A DNA stretch of 64,000 nt from Vulcanimicrobiales bacterium. GTDB lineage: Bacteria > Vulcanimicrobiota > Vulcanimicrobiia > Vulcanimicrobiales > Vulcanimicrobiaceae. Position 1 is the first letter of the stretch, and every line of letters starts with the position of its first letter. Positions 9,090-19,553 of the stretch are shown piece after piece. The notes under the pieces were generated by a model, which saw only the letters and a list, made by a program, of their open reading frames with translations, did not search any database and was not told where the DNA came from. The position numbers and the translations under genes are program-made. The stretch is taken from the NCBI GenBank assembly GCA_038231455.1, contig JBBRLI010000007.1, forward strand, positions 64,001 through 128,000. Direction: 5' to 3'.

Positions 9090-11076
9090 TCGAAGCGAAA
9101 CGTGCGCGCAGCGCGCGGTAGACCACGATGGCAAGCGCGCCGATGACGACGCCGAGGACCGCGCCGTTAACGATGCGCAAGAGCGAGACGTCGAGCGCCG
9201 TGTGCAAGTGCGAGAACGTGTCGACGCAGTCGGCGAGACCCACGCCGATGCCGAGCACCAGCAACCAGCCGAACCGTTTGCGATCGATCGGCAAGAGCGC
9301 AGGCAGGAGCATCAAGAACGGAAACCCGACGAGAAATTCTTTGAAGCGCGGCCGAACCGAGAGCACCGCGGTGAGATTGGAGCGGAGCGCAAGTTCGAAC
9401 GAACTCGGAGCGATGTCACTCTGATTGCCACTGCGCACGAGCACCACGTACGCGACGCCGAGCAGGGCGGCTCCCGCGATGAGTTGATAGATGCGGATCG
9501 GAGCGTTTGCCGCTTCGCGCGGGTCGTCTAGGCGCGCATTGAAAAGCGGCGTAAGCAAATACAGCGCAAGCGCAACGATCGGCGGCAGCAAGAGCACCAG
9601 TTTGACGCCGGTGAACCGGTCGATCTCCTCCATCAAAAGCGGTGTACTGAGGAGGCCGACAATAACGAGCGCGCCGCCGAGCGTGGTGGCAACGGCCAAT
9701 CCAAGGATTCGCAAACCCGCAAGCATCGCCGCGGGCGTCGACAGGGCCGACGCACGCGAGCGGAAGATCGGCGCCGTCAGACACACGCCGGCGACGGCAA
9801 ACGCGATTCCGCCGGCGAGTGCGAGCGCCTTACGCGCGAGCATGTCGTGATGGATCGCGAGCGTGCCGCCGTAGAAGACGAGGTCAAGCGCGATGAGGGC
9901 AATTGCGAAACGCGCGCTGCCGACGCCGAAGAGCGCGCAGATCACGAGCAGGATGCCGGGCACGGCAAGCGAGGCGAGTGCGACGATTGCGGGGTTGATG
10001 CGGAAGGGCGGAATCGGCGTCGCGCGGCCGAGCGTGAAGCCGCGCGTATTCAGGCCCTCGGCGATCTGCCGAACCATCTCGACGTTGGTCGCCTCGATCG
10101 AGCGATCGCCCCAGGCGTGCGCAAAGGGCCGCAGGTAGACGACGCGCACGTTGCGTTCGCGCGCCCCGAGCAAATAGCGCGCGATGACGTTCTCGGGCTT
10201 GAGTTTATCGAGTTCGAGTTTGGCGATCGCTTGGACGCGCGTTGTTTGACCGGGAATCTTCCGCGCGAGCTCGTCGTTGCCGTCCTGAACTTGCTTTGCA
10301 TCGTAGGTCTCGATCGTACCGAAGTTCAACCGCGTGCGTTTGAACGCATCGGCCGTGCCGTCGATGGCCTTGGGAAATCCGAGCACCGCATTGCGCAACC
10401 CGAAGAAGATCACCGTGCTCACTTTGCGTTTTCCAAGGAAGGCATCGAACGTCGCATCGATTTGCGCGGCGTTGAAGCGTTCGTCGTTCTGGACGCGCGG
10501 CACAAGGAAGAACCCGAGGTGCTTCGCCAGATCCATCGTCTCGATGGGAATTCCAAGACTGACGTTCGCGAAGAAATCGGACTGCGTGCGGATCGCGACC
10601 ACGTACGGTAGTTGCGTGCGCAGCACGCGCACCGCGCGCGGTTCAAAATCGATCGCGAGATGCGCCTTGAAACGCTGCCACGTCCCGGCATTGTAGACGA
10701 CCAGATACAGCTCGTCAGGCGAGAGATGATTGCCTTTGGCAAGCGCCGCAAGGAGCGGATCACCCAGCGGTGCGAGGCGCGCCTGATCGATCAGCGCTTG
10801 GCCCGGATAGACGACGGCATTCTGCGATGCGTTAATGCTTCCGCCGAGCTGTTCTTGCACCGCAAGCGACGTCAGACCGGCGCGACGTAGCGCAACCAGG
10901 AACGCGGTTTGATCGTAGTTATACGAACGCGCAAGCGATGTAAAGTCCGTAAAGTCCATCACGATCTCGACGCGATGCGAGGCACGTTCGTAATGGAGAC
11001 GGGCGACGGCGACGTAGGCGCAGGCCAGCAGTCCGATTGCAAGGACGATGAGCCCGTTGCGCATGCGCGGATTCAC
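9082..11076 (-). CDS. DUF5693-like membrane protein (usual csaB neighbour)
   Basis: N-terminal TM, large soluble domain with ERNVRVVYLRP, multi-TM C-terminus with FTGVKL, RPRFKEFLVGFP, DTFSHLHT. Confidence 0.75.
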   Translation of the reverse strand: MNPRMRNGLIVLAIGLLACAYVAVARLHYERASHRVEIVMDFTDFTSLARSYNYDQTAFLVALRRAGLTSLAVQEQLGGSINASQNAVVYPGQALIDQARLAPLGDPLLAALAKGNHLSPDELYLVVYNAGTWQRFKAHLAIDFEPRAVRVLRTQLPYVVAIRTQSDFFANVSLGIPIETMDLAKHLGFFLVPRVQNDERFNAAQIDATFDAFLGKRKVSTVIFFGLRNAVLGFPKAIDGTADAFKRTRLNFGTIETYDAKQVQDGNDELARKIPGQTTRVQAIAKLELDKLKPENVIARYLLGARERNVRVVYLRPFAHAWGDRSIEATNVEMVRQIAEGLNTRGFTLGRATPIPPFRINPAIVALASLAVPGILLVICALFGVGSARFAIALIALDLVFYGGTLAIHHDMLARKALALAGGIAFAVAGVCLTAPIFRSRASALSTPAAMLAGLRILGLAVATTLGGALVIVGLLSTPLLMEEIDRFTGVKLVLLLPPIVALALYLLTPLFNARLDDPREAANAPIRIYQLIAGAALLGVAYVVLVRSGNQSDIAPSSFELALRSNLTAVLSVRPRFKEFLVGFPFLMLLPALLPIDRKRFGWLLVLGIGVGLADCVDTFSHLHTALDVSLLRIVNGAVLGVVIGALAIVVYRALRARFASNA

Positions 11077-11924
11077 CGGTCGACGAACTCGCGAAGAAAC
11101 GACTGGAGACGCGCGGTCACGGCGTCCGGGCGATCGAGCTGCAGGTAATGTCCTCCGGGGATCACGTCGTACACAAATTCATCCGCCAGCCGCTCACGCA
11201 GCGAGGCCACGAGTTCGGGCGAACGTGGTTTCTTGATCGCCGCACTGCCGTAGAGCAAGAGGGTCGGCGAAGAGAGTTCGCGCGCGAACGGGCGCGTCGG
11301 AAACCCGACGACGCCTTCGAATGCCTCGAAGATCATGCGCGGATATTCAATCGGAATCTGCGTGCGCTGTTGTTGCCACGCTTCCTCCATATTTGCGCGA
11401 TCTTCAAAACTTTGTTCGAAGGTCCAACGTGCGATACTTCGCGCGATGCGGCCGTCGTGCGCGAACGACCGCGCGAGCGGTCCGAGCGCAAACCGCACGA
11501 GCGGTTTGAGCGGTCCGACGTCGTGCCCGGACTTGCCGTCTTCGGGATAGACGGGATCGATCAGCCCAAGACCGGCGACGCCGGCCGCGTTCTCTGCCGC
11601 GAGGGCGAGTGCGAGCAATCCGCCCATTGAATGACCGACGATTGCGACCGGCCGACGTTCCGATGCGATGACCGAGCCAAGCGCTTCGCGAGCATCGATG
11701 AAATAATCACCGAGTCCCGCATCATCAACGCGGGCGGCCGCACCGTGCCCGCGCCCCTCCCACACATAGACACGACGCGTTGCTGCGAGGGCCTCGCGCT
11801 GGGGCGCCCACGACCAAGCGCCGCCGCCGACACCGTGGAGAAAGAGCACCGGGGTGGCTTCGGTGGACGTACCGCCGTCGTGCAAGGCACCGCCGGAGGG
11901 AAGCTGCAGTTCGGCTTGACGCAC
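11073..11924 (-). CDS. Alpha/beta hydrolase
   Basis: FLHGVGG, GRGHG, nucleophile elbow GHSMGG, C-terminal GGHY. Confidence 0.9.
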   Translation of the reverse strand: MRQAELQLPSGGALHDGGTSTEATPVLFLHGVGGGAWSWAPQREALAATRRVYVWEGRGHGAAARVDDAGLGDYFIDAREALGSVIASERRPVAIVGHSMGGLLALALAAENAAGVAGLGLIDPVYPEDGKSGHDVGPLKPLVRFALGPLARSFAHDGRIARSIARWTFEQSFEDRANMEEAWQQQRTQIPIEYPRMIFEAFEGVVGFPTRPFARELSSPTLLLYGSAAIKKPRSPELVASLRERLADEFVYDVIPGGHYLQLDRPDAVTARLQSFLREFVDR

Positions 11925-11977
11925 GAGCGCGGGGTTCGTTAGACTGTACGGACTTCACTTCACCCCGGGAATATCGC

Positions 11978-13282
11978 TTGTCGCTCTCGCAACCGGCGCG
12001 CGCGGTCGGGATCGGCCTGCTGGGATGCGGGACGGTCGGCGGCGGCGTCGCGCAGCTGCTCATCGCCAACCCCTCAGCAATTACGCGTGTCGCGGGCGCA
12101 GAATTCGTTTTGCGCCGCGTCGCCGTGCGCGATCTGCACAAGCCACGCAATGTCACACTACCGCTTGACTTGCTTACGGGCGATCCCAATTCGGTCGTGG
12201 ACGATCCCGAGATCGACCTGATCATCGAATGTATCGGTGGCGTCGGCATCGCGGGCACACTTGTCGAACGCGCACTCGAACACGGCAAGCACGTCGTGAC
12301 CGCCAATAAAGATCTCCTCGCGACCGAAGGCCCGCGCCTCGCGGCGCTCGCTGCGGCTCGCGGCGTCACGCTTCAGTATGAAGCAGCGGTGGGCGGCGCC
12401 ATTCCGATCGTGCGTGCGCTGACCGATTCGCTCGCGGGCGAAGACGTACTCGAAGTCGGCGGTGTGCTCAACGGCACGACCAACTTCATCTTGAGCGCGA
12501 TGGGTGGCGGCGCCACGTACGCGGGAGCGCTCGCGGAGGCCCAGCGCCTCGGATTTGCTGAGGCCGATCCGACAAGCGACGTCGAGGGCATCGATGCTGC
12601 GCACAAACTTGCAATCCTCGCGCAGCTCTCGTTCAAACACGCTGTCACCTCCGATCGCATTACGCGACGTGGGATTACCGGCGTCTCGCGCGATGACGTC
12701 GTCCTCGCCTCACGGCTCGGCATGCGGGTGAAACTCATCGCCTGTGCGCGCCGCAGCGGCACGATCAGCGCGTCGGTCACGCCGGCATACGTTCCGATCG
12801 GTCATCCATTTGCCGAGCCGACGGGGGCTCACAACTGCATTCGCGTGATCGGCACGTCCTCCGGTTCGCTCACCTTTGCGGGAAGCGGCGCGGGGCGCGA
12901 ACCCACCGCCTCCGCCGTCATCGGCGATGTCATCGCCGCGCTGCGGCGGCTTGCCGGCGGTATTCACGACGCGGTCAAACTCGCACCGATCGACGATGCA
13001 ATGCTGCCGCCAATCGTGCTCCCACGCATCGTACGACTCGCGTCGCTGCGCGACGTGCGCCCGGCAGTAACGGCGCTCGCGCATGCCGGGATTTCTGCGC
13101 GCGCCGCAGCGGACGTACCCGCCGTCATTACTGCTGCGCTCGCACTCGATCGCGATCCCGATCTTCACAGCGCGCTTGCGACAGACGGCTTACGCGCGGC
13201 AAGCATGCATCCGCTTTGGGAAGATGATACGCACGACGCGCCGGGCGAACGTGCCGAGCAGACCGACGCCGTTGCCGTCTAG
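11978..13282 (+). CDS. hom: Homoserine dehydrogenase
   Basis: GLLGCGTVGGG, HVVTANK, YEAAVGGAIP, LNGTTNFIL, GFAEADPTSDVEGIDAAHK, GAGREPTASAV; TTG start inferred. Confidence 0.93.
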   Translation: MSLSQPARAVGIGLLGCGTVGGGVAQLLIANPSAITRVAGAEFVLRRVAVRDLHKPRNVTLPLDLLTGDPNSVVDDPEIDLIIECIGGVGIAGTLVERALEHGKHVVTANKDLLATEGPRLAALAAARGVTLQYEAAVGGAIPIVRALTDSLAGEDVLEVGGVLNGTTNFILSAMGGGATYAGALAEAQRLGFAEADPTSDVEGIDAAHKLAILAQLSFKHAVTSDRITRRGITGVSRDDVVLASRLGMRVKLIACARRSGTISASVTPAYVPIGHPFAEPTGAHNCIRVIGTSSGSLTFAGSGAGREPTASAVIGDVIAALRRLAGGIHDAVKLAPIDDAMLPPIVLPRIVRLASLRDVRPAVTALAHAGISARAAADVPAVITAALALDRDPDLHSALATDGLRAASMHPLWEDDTHDAPGERAEQTDAVAV

Positions 13283-14336
13283 TCTAGCACCGGTTTTCGA
13301 GGGCGACGTGCGCATCGGCGCACTCACCCTCGCAAACGGCGCGTGCCTCGATGAGGTGGTGCAGCGCGTCACGCGCTACGGCGCAGAACCGCTCGCTGAT
13401 GGGAGCAACGTCGTTCTCGTGCTGCACGCGCTCACGGGTTCGAGCCGCGTCGTCGAGTGGTGGAGCGGCCTGGTCGATTCACTTGTCGATCTCGAGCGCG
13501 CGTGTTTGATTGGGATCAACGTGCTCGGCGGGTGCTACGGCTCCACCGGACCTGCCTCACTTGCGCCCGACGGCAAACGCTACGCCACGCGCTTTCCGAT
13601 CGTGACCGTCGCTGATATGGTCGACGCACAAGCGCTCGCGCTCACGGCGATTGGAATCGATCGTGCCGCGCTCATCATCGGGGGTTCGCTCGGCGGCATG
13701 CAGGCGCTCCAGTGGTCCGTGCGTTACGGCGCGCGTGTCGGCGAAGCGGTCGTCGTCGGCGCGCACGATGCGTTTTCAGCGCTCGGCATCGGTCTGAATT
13801 TTTGTGCGCGCACGGCGATCATGAACGACGCAAACTTTAATGGCGGCGCGTATGCCGAGTCGGCGCCGCTCGATGGCATGAAACTCGCGCGTATGATCGC
13901 AATGCTTTCGTACAAGAGCGACGTTCTGCTCGAGGATCGGTTTGCGAACCGGCCCAACCGCAGCGGCGGCGATCCGACGCGGTTTAGCGCAGACCGATTC
14001 GATGTCGAAGGCTATCTTGCGTATCAAGCCGATCTCTTCGCGCATCGCATGGACGCCAACGCCTATCTTGCGCTGACGCGCGCGATGGATCTTTTCGACG
14101 TGCGCGCAACCCCGATCGTGCATCCGGCACGGACGACGTTTGTCGGGATCGAAAACGATTGGCTCTTTCCGCCCACGTACGTTCGCGCTGCTGCCGATCG
14201 TCTGCGTGCGCGCGGCGTCGACGCGACCTATCTCGAACTTCCAAGCGACCACGGTCATGACGCGTTCCTTGCGGAAACGCAGGCGCTCGCCGCTCTGCTC
14301 GAACCGCATCTCGGTGCGGCACTAACCCGCCACTAG
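13272..14336 (+). CDS. metX: Homoserine O-acetyl(acyl)transferase
   Basis: HALTGS, NVLGGCYGSTGP, GGSLGGMQAL, DWLFPP, HGHDAFL; exact start uncertain. Confidence 0.9.
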   Translation: MPSSLAPVFEGDVRIGALTLANGACLDEVVQRVTRYGAEPLADGSNVVLVLHALTGSSRVVEWWSGLVDSLVDLERACLIGINVLGGCYGSTGPASLAPDGKRYATRFPIVTVADMVDAQALALTAIGIDRAALIIGGSLGGMQALQWSVRYGARVGEAVVVGAHDAFSALGIGLNFCARTAIMNDANFNGGAYAESAPLDGMKLARMIAMLSYKSDVLLEDRFANRPNRSGGDPTRFSADRFDVEGYLAYQADLFAHRMDANAYLALTRAMDLFDVRATPIVHPARTTFVGIENDWLFPPTYVRAAADRLRARGVDATYLELPSDHGHDAFLAETQALAALLEPHLGAALTRH

Positions 14337-14337
14337 A

Positions 14338-14460
14338 AACAGGAAAGCCCGCCGGGGGGCGGGCCTTGCACTGTCGTCGCGTAGCAGGTTGCCCCGCTAC
14401 CGGGTGTGGGCGACGTTCAAAATATGCGAAACGTTCGCATAGCCCACACCGCTTGCGCTT
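14338..14460 (-). ncRNA. Candidate stand-alone structured small RNA (~120 nt)
   Basis: Upstream TTGGAA-N17-TATACT; stems GGTGTGGGC/GCCCACACC, TATGCGAA/TTCGCATA, GTAGCGGG-GCAA-CCTGCTAC; terminal hairpin containing CCCCCC followed by TTTCCTGTTT. Confidence 0.55.
14344..14367. terminator. GC-rich terminator hairpin (3' end of candidate sRNA; may also terminate metX)
   Basis: aaagcccgcc-gggg-ggcgggcctt inverted repeat just after the metX stop. Confidence 0.65.
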
Positions 14461-14466
14461 TAGGCA

Positions 14467-14536
14467 AGTATAGCGGCTTCGTAGCAGCTTTCCAACCCTC
14501 AATAGTAAATTTAACGTCAGGAATTTCTGAACTTAA
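14467..14536 (-). promoter_or_regulatory. Sigma70-type promoter with upstream palindromic operator
   Basis: -35 TTGGAA (14495-14490), 17-nt spacer, -10 TATACT (14472-14467); AT-rich upstream tract; inverted repeat TTAACGTCAG-N6-CTGAACTTAA at 14511-14536. Confidence 0.6.
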
Positions 14537-14626
14537 CAACGATTCTCGGGAGCACGTCAAAATGGTAAGCCCATTCCCGCACGCCAATACGATTTACGAA
14601 GCGATCCAATTGCGCTTCGCAGAATC

Positions 14627-15406
14627 TTACGGTTCCCACTGCGGTGTGCGCTTTTCGACGAATGCATGCATGCCTTCTTGCGCGTCGTTAGCAAGCGCAT
14701 TCATACTCATCACTTCTTTTGCGTATGCGTACGCTTTGGGTTGGTCGAGGTCGACTTGCGCGTAAAATGCCGCTTTTCCGAGACCGACGACGAAGCGGCT
14801 CGCATGGGCGACGCTGGCAGCAAGCGCACGCGTCTCGGCTTCGAGAGCCTCCGGAGCGACGACGCGATTGATGAGTCCCCAGGCAGTTGCGGTTTGCGCA
14901 TCGATAAAGGCGCCGGTGAGGAGCATCTCCATCGCGCGCTTCCGTCCGATCGCGCGCGTGAGTGCCACCATCGGCGTCGTACAGAAGAGCCCGATTTTCA
15001 CTCCGGGGGTCGCGAACTTTGCGTCGCTCGAAGCAACGGCAAGATCGCACGTCGCAACGAGTTGACAACCGGCCGCCGTCGCAATGCCGGCGACCTCGGC
15101 GATCACCGGCTGCGGGATGCGTTGGATCGTCTCCATGAGCCGCACGCACACATCGAAGGTCTCGCGGTACTCCTCGACCGACCGAGCGAGCATCTCCCGA
15201 AGGTCGTGACCGGCCGAAAACGCGGGCCCAAGCCCGCTCAGAATGACAACACGCTGCGCTCGATCGCGCTCGATCTCGTTGAATGCCTCAATGAGTTCGA
15301 GCATGACGCCGAGTGAGAGCGCGTTGCGCTTTTCCGCCCGGTTCATGGTGACGCGCGTGACGCCATCCTGGGTATCGACGAGAAGGTAACGATCGGCGTT
15401 GATCAT
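14627..15406 (-). CDS. Enoyl-CoA hydratase/isomerase family protein
   Basis: KRNALS, FSAGHDL, PVIAEVAGIATAAGCQLVATCD, FATPGVKIGLFC, AMEMLLTG. Confidence 0.93.
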   Translation of the reverse strand: MINADRYLLVDTQDGVTRVTMNRAEKRNALSLGVMLELIEAFNEIERDRAQRVVILSGLGPAFSAGHDLREMLARSVEEYRETFDVCVRLMETIQRIPQPVIAEVAGIATAAGCQLVATCDLAVASSDAKFATPGVKIGLFCTTPMVALTRAIGRKRAMEMLLTGAFIDAQTATAWGLINRVVAPEALEAETRALAASVAHASRFVVGLGKAAFYAQVDLDQPKAYAYAKEVMSMNALANDAQEGMHAFVEKRTPQWEP

Positions 15407-15467
15407 CGAGATTAATTCTTTGAAGAAGAGGACGTCCCTCGGCGGTTCTCCGGCGTCACCGTAGTAC

Positions 15468-16346
15468 ATGAACGTTTCTATGACAACCAAGGATCGCGGC
15501 GTAAGCCGCGCCGGCCGGATTACCGGCATCGGCTTACTCGTCTTGCATCTGGGAGCGCTTGCCGCATTTCTTCCGCAGATGTTCTCCTGGACAGCAGTCG
15601 GCGTCGGCTTTTTGTTTTACTATCTGACGATCGCGCTTGGCGTCGGGCTTGGCTATCATCGCCTGCTGACGCATCGCTCGCTGCGCACGTCGAAGCCGAT
15701 CGAATACGGGCTCGCGATCCTCGGAGCGCTCGCGCTGCAGGGCGGCCCGATCGACTGGATCGGAACGCACCGCGCGCATCACGCGCATACCGACGCCGAC
15801 GGCGATCCGCACGACGCGAATCGCGGTATGTTTTGGAGTCACATCGCGTGGCTCTATCGCTATAATACGGCAAAACCCGTCGGCCAAAATCTGCGCCGCC
15901 TCGCACCGGATCTCGCTAGCGTGCCGTTCTACGAATTTCTCGAGAAGACGTACGTCTGGTGGACCGTGGCCCTGGGACTCGTGTTCTTTGCGATCGGGGG
16001 TTTGCCGTGGGTCGTGTGGGGCATCTTCGTGCGCATCGTCGTGACGTACCACATCACGTGGCTCGTCAATAGCGCCGCACACGAGGTCGGCTATCAAAGC
16101 TACAAAACCGGTGACAAATCAACCAACAATTGGTGGGTTGCGCTGCTGACCTGGGGCGAAGGCTGGCACAACAACCACCACGCGTTCCCGTCCTCGGCAC
16201 GACACGGTTTACGGTGGTATGAGATTGACGGCACCTGGATCACGATCAAACTGATGAAGGCGCTCAAACTCGCGCACGACATCAAGCTCCCGACGCCCGG
16301 GATGATCGCACGCATGTCGCTCGAGCCGCGCGCTGCGACGAAATAA
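15468..16346 (+). CDS. Membrane fatty-acid (delta-9-type) desaturase
   Basis: His boxes YHRLLTH, HRAHH and GEGWHNNHH. Confidence 0.93.
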   Translation: MNVSMTTKDRGVSRAGRITGIGLLVLHLGALAAFLPQMFSWTAVGVGFLFYYLTIALGVGLGYHRLLTHRSLRTSKPIEYGLAILGALALQGGPIDWIGTHRAHHAHTDADGDPHDANRGMFWSHIAWLYRYNTAKPVGQNLRRLAPDLASVPFYEFLEKTYVWWTVALGLVFFAIGGLPWVVWGIFVRIVVTYHITWLVNSAAHEVGYQSYKTGDKSTNNWWVALLTWGEGWHNNHHAFPSSARHGLRWYEIDGTWITIKLMKALKLAHDIKLPTPGMIARMSLEPRAATK

Positions 16347-16350
16347 AATT

Positions 16351-16422
16351 TGGGCGATGACGGATTCGAACCGCCGACCAACTCGGTGTAAACGAGCTGC
16401 TCTCCCGCTGAGCTAATCGCCC
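16351..16422 (-). tRNA. tRNA-Val (TAC)
   Basis: GGGCGATTAGCTCAGCGGGAGAGCAGCTCGTT-TAC-ACCGAGTTGGTCGGCGGTTCGAATCCGTCATCGCCCA cloverleaf; CCA not encoded. Confidence 0.95.
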
Positions 16423-16477
16423 CTAAGCCCCAGTGCATTCGCCGGGTCGCCGAGCGGCCCTATCTGATGACGGGCGC

Positions 16478-17371
16478 CTAGGGCGAGGGCGCGGGCAGCG
16501 GGGTCGGTTGATCGACCGGCGTCGTCCGTCCAAAATTGCCGAGGTAGAGCGACGTCTTGTGCTTGGCTTGCATCTCGATGAAGCGGAAGCTGACGTTAAG
16601 CAACGTGACTTTTTTGGAAACGACGATCGGCACATCGGCGCGCTCGGAGTCGATATACCAACCGCCATCGTACTGCGCGAACGTCAACGTCCACGGAACC
16701 GTACTTGCCGGCCCACCGGCGATCGCTCCAAGAACGCTCGCCTTGACGACGGTGTAGCGAGCGGTGTCGACCCATAAATCGCGTAAACGCAAGTGCTCGA
16801 CATCGTGCAGCGGAGCGAGTGTTAAATGGTACACCTGGTGCGCGGCAATCGTCTCGGTACCGACGTAATGGACATCGTAGTCTTTCACGACCGACCGAAC
16901 GCGGCCGATCTCACGTAACGTCGATGGCGCTTCCGTTTGCGAAGGCAGTGCCGCCATAGCTGGATTCTTCAACGCGATCGGCGCGAGCCCGTACGTCTCG
17001 TTCGGAGCGATCTGCAAGCCCAAGAACGGTTCGGGATCGCCGCGATCGTGTGCGCCGATCGGCAACCCCATAAAGTTAAACCCGAAACCCTTGGGTAAGA
17101 ACGGGTTCGCAAGTTCTTCGCGTGAAAACTTCTTGAGTTTGAGATCGGTTCCGCCATCGAGCGTCCCGTCGTAGGTCTTCGTGTACGCGTGATCCTTGAT
17201 CGTAAATTGCTGGCGGAACGCGAACGTCAGCTCGGGCGGATAGGAATAAAATCGGAAGAGCGTACGCGCGTGCGCGAAAATCAAATCGGCGTCGGGCGCC
17301 TCTTGCGCCAGCGCCGGCGTCACACCGGCGATCATGATTGCGGCGAAAGCCGCGAGAACACGAGCGATCAT
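16478..17371 (-). CDS. Exported hypothetical protein (beta-rich)
   Basis: [23 protein letters not shown] signal peptide; start overlaps the permease stop. Confidence 0.65.
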   Translation of the reverse strand: MIARVLAAFAAIMIAGVTPALAQEAPDADLIFAHARTLFRFYSYPPELTFAFRQQFTIKDHAYTKTYDGTLDGGTDLKLKKFSREELANPFLPKGFGFNFMGLPIGAHDRGDPEPFLGLQIAPNETYGLAPIALKNPAMAALPSQTEAPSTLREIGRVRSVVKDYDVHYVGTETIAAHQVYHLTLAPLHDVEHLRLRDLWVDTARYTVVKASVLGAIAGGPASTVPWTLTFAQYDGGWYIDSERADVPIVVSKKVTLLNVSFRFIEMQAKHKTSLYLGNFGRTTPVDQPTPLPAPSP

Positions 17372-18105
17372 TCGAGCCTCATTGCACTGACTTGGCGCGT
17401 CGCAATCCATAAGAGGATGGCCATCGCGGCGAAAATGGAGAGCAGCGCCAAACCGCCAAGGGCGATCAATCCGCCCGCGCCCATGTCGGCGAACCGCGAG
17501 AAGAACGGCGCAATGACTTGGATGTTTTTTCCGATCAGTTGCGTGCCGCCGATCGCTAGCACGACAAAGGTGATATTGAGCGCGAATACGGCCGCCTTCA
17601 CCGTTGGTGCACGTAAGGCGATGATGATCTCGATCGCGCCAAGCAATCCGCCGAGCGTCAGAGCGATCGCCATGACGAGGGCTAGCTGTCCGAATGCGAT
17701 CGTCGAGGATCCCATTACACGCGAGACAATCGACGCCGTAATCGTCGTCGCGAGCATGATGCTCGCGGCGTACGCAAGACCGGCAAACCACTTTCCAAGC
17801 ACGATCTCGCTACTCCGTAGCGGCGTGACGAGGAGGGTCTCAAACGTCCCGCGTTCTTTTTCGCCGGCGAACGCATCAGCCATCGCATAAATCAAAAGAA
17901 AGATCGGCAGGGCTGCCCCGATCAATGGCCCGACGGGAGGGAGGCCGCCGCCGCGCTTTGCGCCCGAACTTCCCACATACGCGAAAAACAGCGGAAAGAC
18001 AATTCCGAAGAGCGCGATGTAGATGAGAAATTCGTACTGTCCGTAGCGGCCGGTTGCGCCGCCCGAAAACCACTCGCGCAAGTCTTTGCGCATGATTGCG
18101 ATCAT
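17368..18105 (-). CDS. ABC-2 type transporter permease
   Basis: [17 protein letters not shown]...IVLGK motif; about 6 TM segments. Confidence 0.9.
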   Translation of the reverse strand: MIAIMRKDLREWFSGGATGRYGQYEFLIYIALFGIVFPLFFAYVGSSGAKRGGGLPPVGPLIGAALPIFLLIYAMADAFAGEKERGTFETLLVTPLRSSEIVLGKWFAGLAYAASIMLATTITASIVSRVMGSSTIAFGQLALVMAIALTLGGLLGAIEIIIALRAPTVKAAVFALNITFVVLAIGGTQLIGKNIQVIAPFFSRFADMGAGGLIALGGLALLSIFAAMAILLWIATRQVSAMRLE

Positions 18106-19031
18106 GTCGTCTCCCGCACCAGGTCGAGGAACGCGCGCTCGAAACCTCCGTGGTCACGAACGATCTCGCTCACCTCAGCACCTTCGCCGACGAGTGCTCG
18201 GTTGAGCGCTGCGGAGTTGGGTTCCTCCGAGAACGTCACGAGCAGACCGCGCGGGTTCCGTTCGACCGCGCTCACGCCCGGAAGCGCACGAACGGCAACG
18301 AGGGCCGTATCGGAGACATTCGTTGCGACGACAGTGACCTCGGGCCGACTCGTCCGCTCCGCAAGTTCACGCGGCGATCCCTCGGCAACGAGTTTTCCCG
18401 CGCGAATGACGGCGACCGTGTCGCACAGCCGCTCGACTTCTTCCAAATGATGCGTCGTAAGGAAAACCGTTAGACCGTCCTCGCGAACGAGCTGCGCGAT
18501 ATCGTCGCGAAGCGCGGCGGCGGCCTGCGCGTCAAGTCCGGCAGTCGGCTCGTCCAAGAAGACGAGTTTTGGTTTCGAGAGCAGCGTCCGCGCGATGCCG
18601 AGCTTGCGACGCTCGCCGGTCGAAAGTTTGCTCACCCGGCGCTTCATCATCGCGCCGAGTCCTAACTTGTCGAGCAATGCCTTTGCGCGCTGTGTCGCAT
18701 CGTACGGCGTCATGCCATAAAACTCGCCGAAGATCTCGAGGTTGGTAAGCGCGTCGAGTTTGCCGTACACGCCCGGCGATTCGAGCAGCAGCGTTACCTC
18801 GCGACGCATCGCGCGCATCTCGCGCGGAATATCATAGCCGAGCACGCGCATCCGGCCAGACGTGGCTTTCGACAACCCGACGAGCGTCTTAATCGTCGTG
18901 GTCTTGCCGGCACCGTTGGGACCGAGGAAACCGAAGACGATCCCGCGTGGAACGCGTAGCGAAAGCCCGTCGACCGCCGTCGTCTCATCGAAGCGGCAGA
19001 CGAGATCGTCGATCTCGATCGCGTAGTCCAA
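18102..19031 (-). CDS. ABC transporter ATP-binding protein
   Basis: Walker [30 protein letters not shown]. Confidence 0.95.
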   Translation of the reverse strand: MDYAIEIDDLVCRFDETTAVDGLSLRVPRGIVFGFLGPNGAGKTTTIKTLVGLSKATSGRMRVLGYDIPREMRAMRREVTLLLESPGVYGKLDALTNLEIFGEFYGMTPYDATQRAKALLDKLGLGAMMKRRVSKLSTGERRKLGIARTLLSKPKLVFLDEPTAGLDAQAAAALRDDIAQLVREDGLTVFLTTHHLEEVERLCDTVAVIRAGKLVAEGSPRELAERTSRPEVTVVATNVSDTALVAVRALPGVSAVERNPRGLLVTFSEEPNSAALNRALVGEGAEVSEIVRDHGGFERAFLDLVRETT

Positions 19032-19035
19032 CGGC

Positions 19036-19500
19036 TCACCTCAAAACTTTTGCGAAGTGCCGGTACTCGAGCTCGAATCCGCGAGTTTCATAGAACGCCC
19101 GGCCTCGTTCGTTCTCGCGTACGACGTTGAGCGAGAGATAGCGTGCATCGCTCTCCCGTGCCCATTGTTCCACATATTCGAGCAGAGCCGAGCCGATGCC
19201 CTCGCCGTCGCGAACCGTTGCGATTTCTGAGAGATGCGGATACCGTTCGTTCGTAAAAAAATCGTCGTGCCACGAAACGAACGCAAATCCAAGCCGCTCG
19301 TGGCCGTTCTCCGCAATCAAGACCAGATCGCGCGGCTGCGGGTCATCGAACGCCGCTTGCAATGCGCGTTCGGTTCCGGCGATGACCTCCGTGCGCGAAC
19401 GCCACGCCGTCCCCGCATCGGCGAATCGAACGGACAAGCCGACGACGAATGCGGCGTCCTCAGATCGTGCGCGGCGAACGGTTACGTCTTGCGTCTTCAC
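19036..19500 (-). CDS. GNAT family N-acetyltransferase
   Basis: GEGIGSALL motif A; NERGRAFYETRGF. Confidence 0.85.
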   Translation of the reverse strand: MKTQDVTVRRARSEDAAFVVGLSVRFADAGTAWRSRTEVIAGTERALQAAFDDPQPRDLVLIAENGHERLGFAFVSWHDDFFTNERYPHLSEIATVRDGEGIGSALLEYVEQWARESDARYLSLNVVRENERGRAFYETRGFELEYRHFAKVLR

Positions 19501-19553
19501 CCGGTCTGCGGTTCAGCGCACAGCAGAGCTTTCCCCAGCGACCGGATGACGCG

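Noticed and set aside
11925-11977. SAM riboswitch or T-box upstream of hom-metX
   Set aside because: The divergent intergenic gap is only ~50 bp and no conserved riboswitch motif is recognisable
14423-14441. TATGCGAAACGTTCGCATA as a LexA (SOS) box
   Set aside because: The spacing does not fit GAAC-N4-GTTC, and it is nested in a larger RNA stem downstream of the predicted start
14406-14765. 119-aa plus-strand ORF over the candidate sRNA
   Set aside because: Atypical codon use, no RBS, overlaps the enoyl-CoA hydratase 3' end antisense; the region is better explained by promoter plus RNA structure
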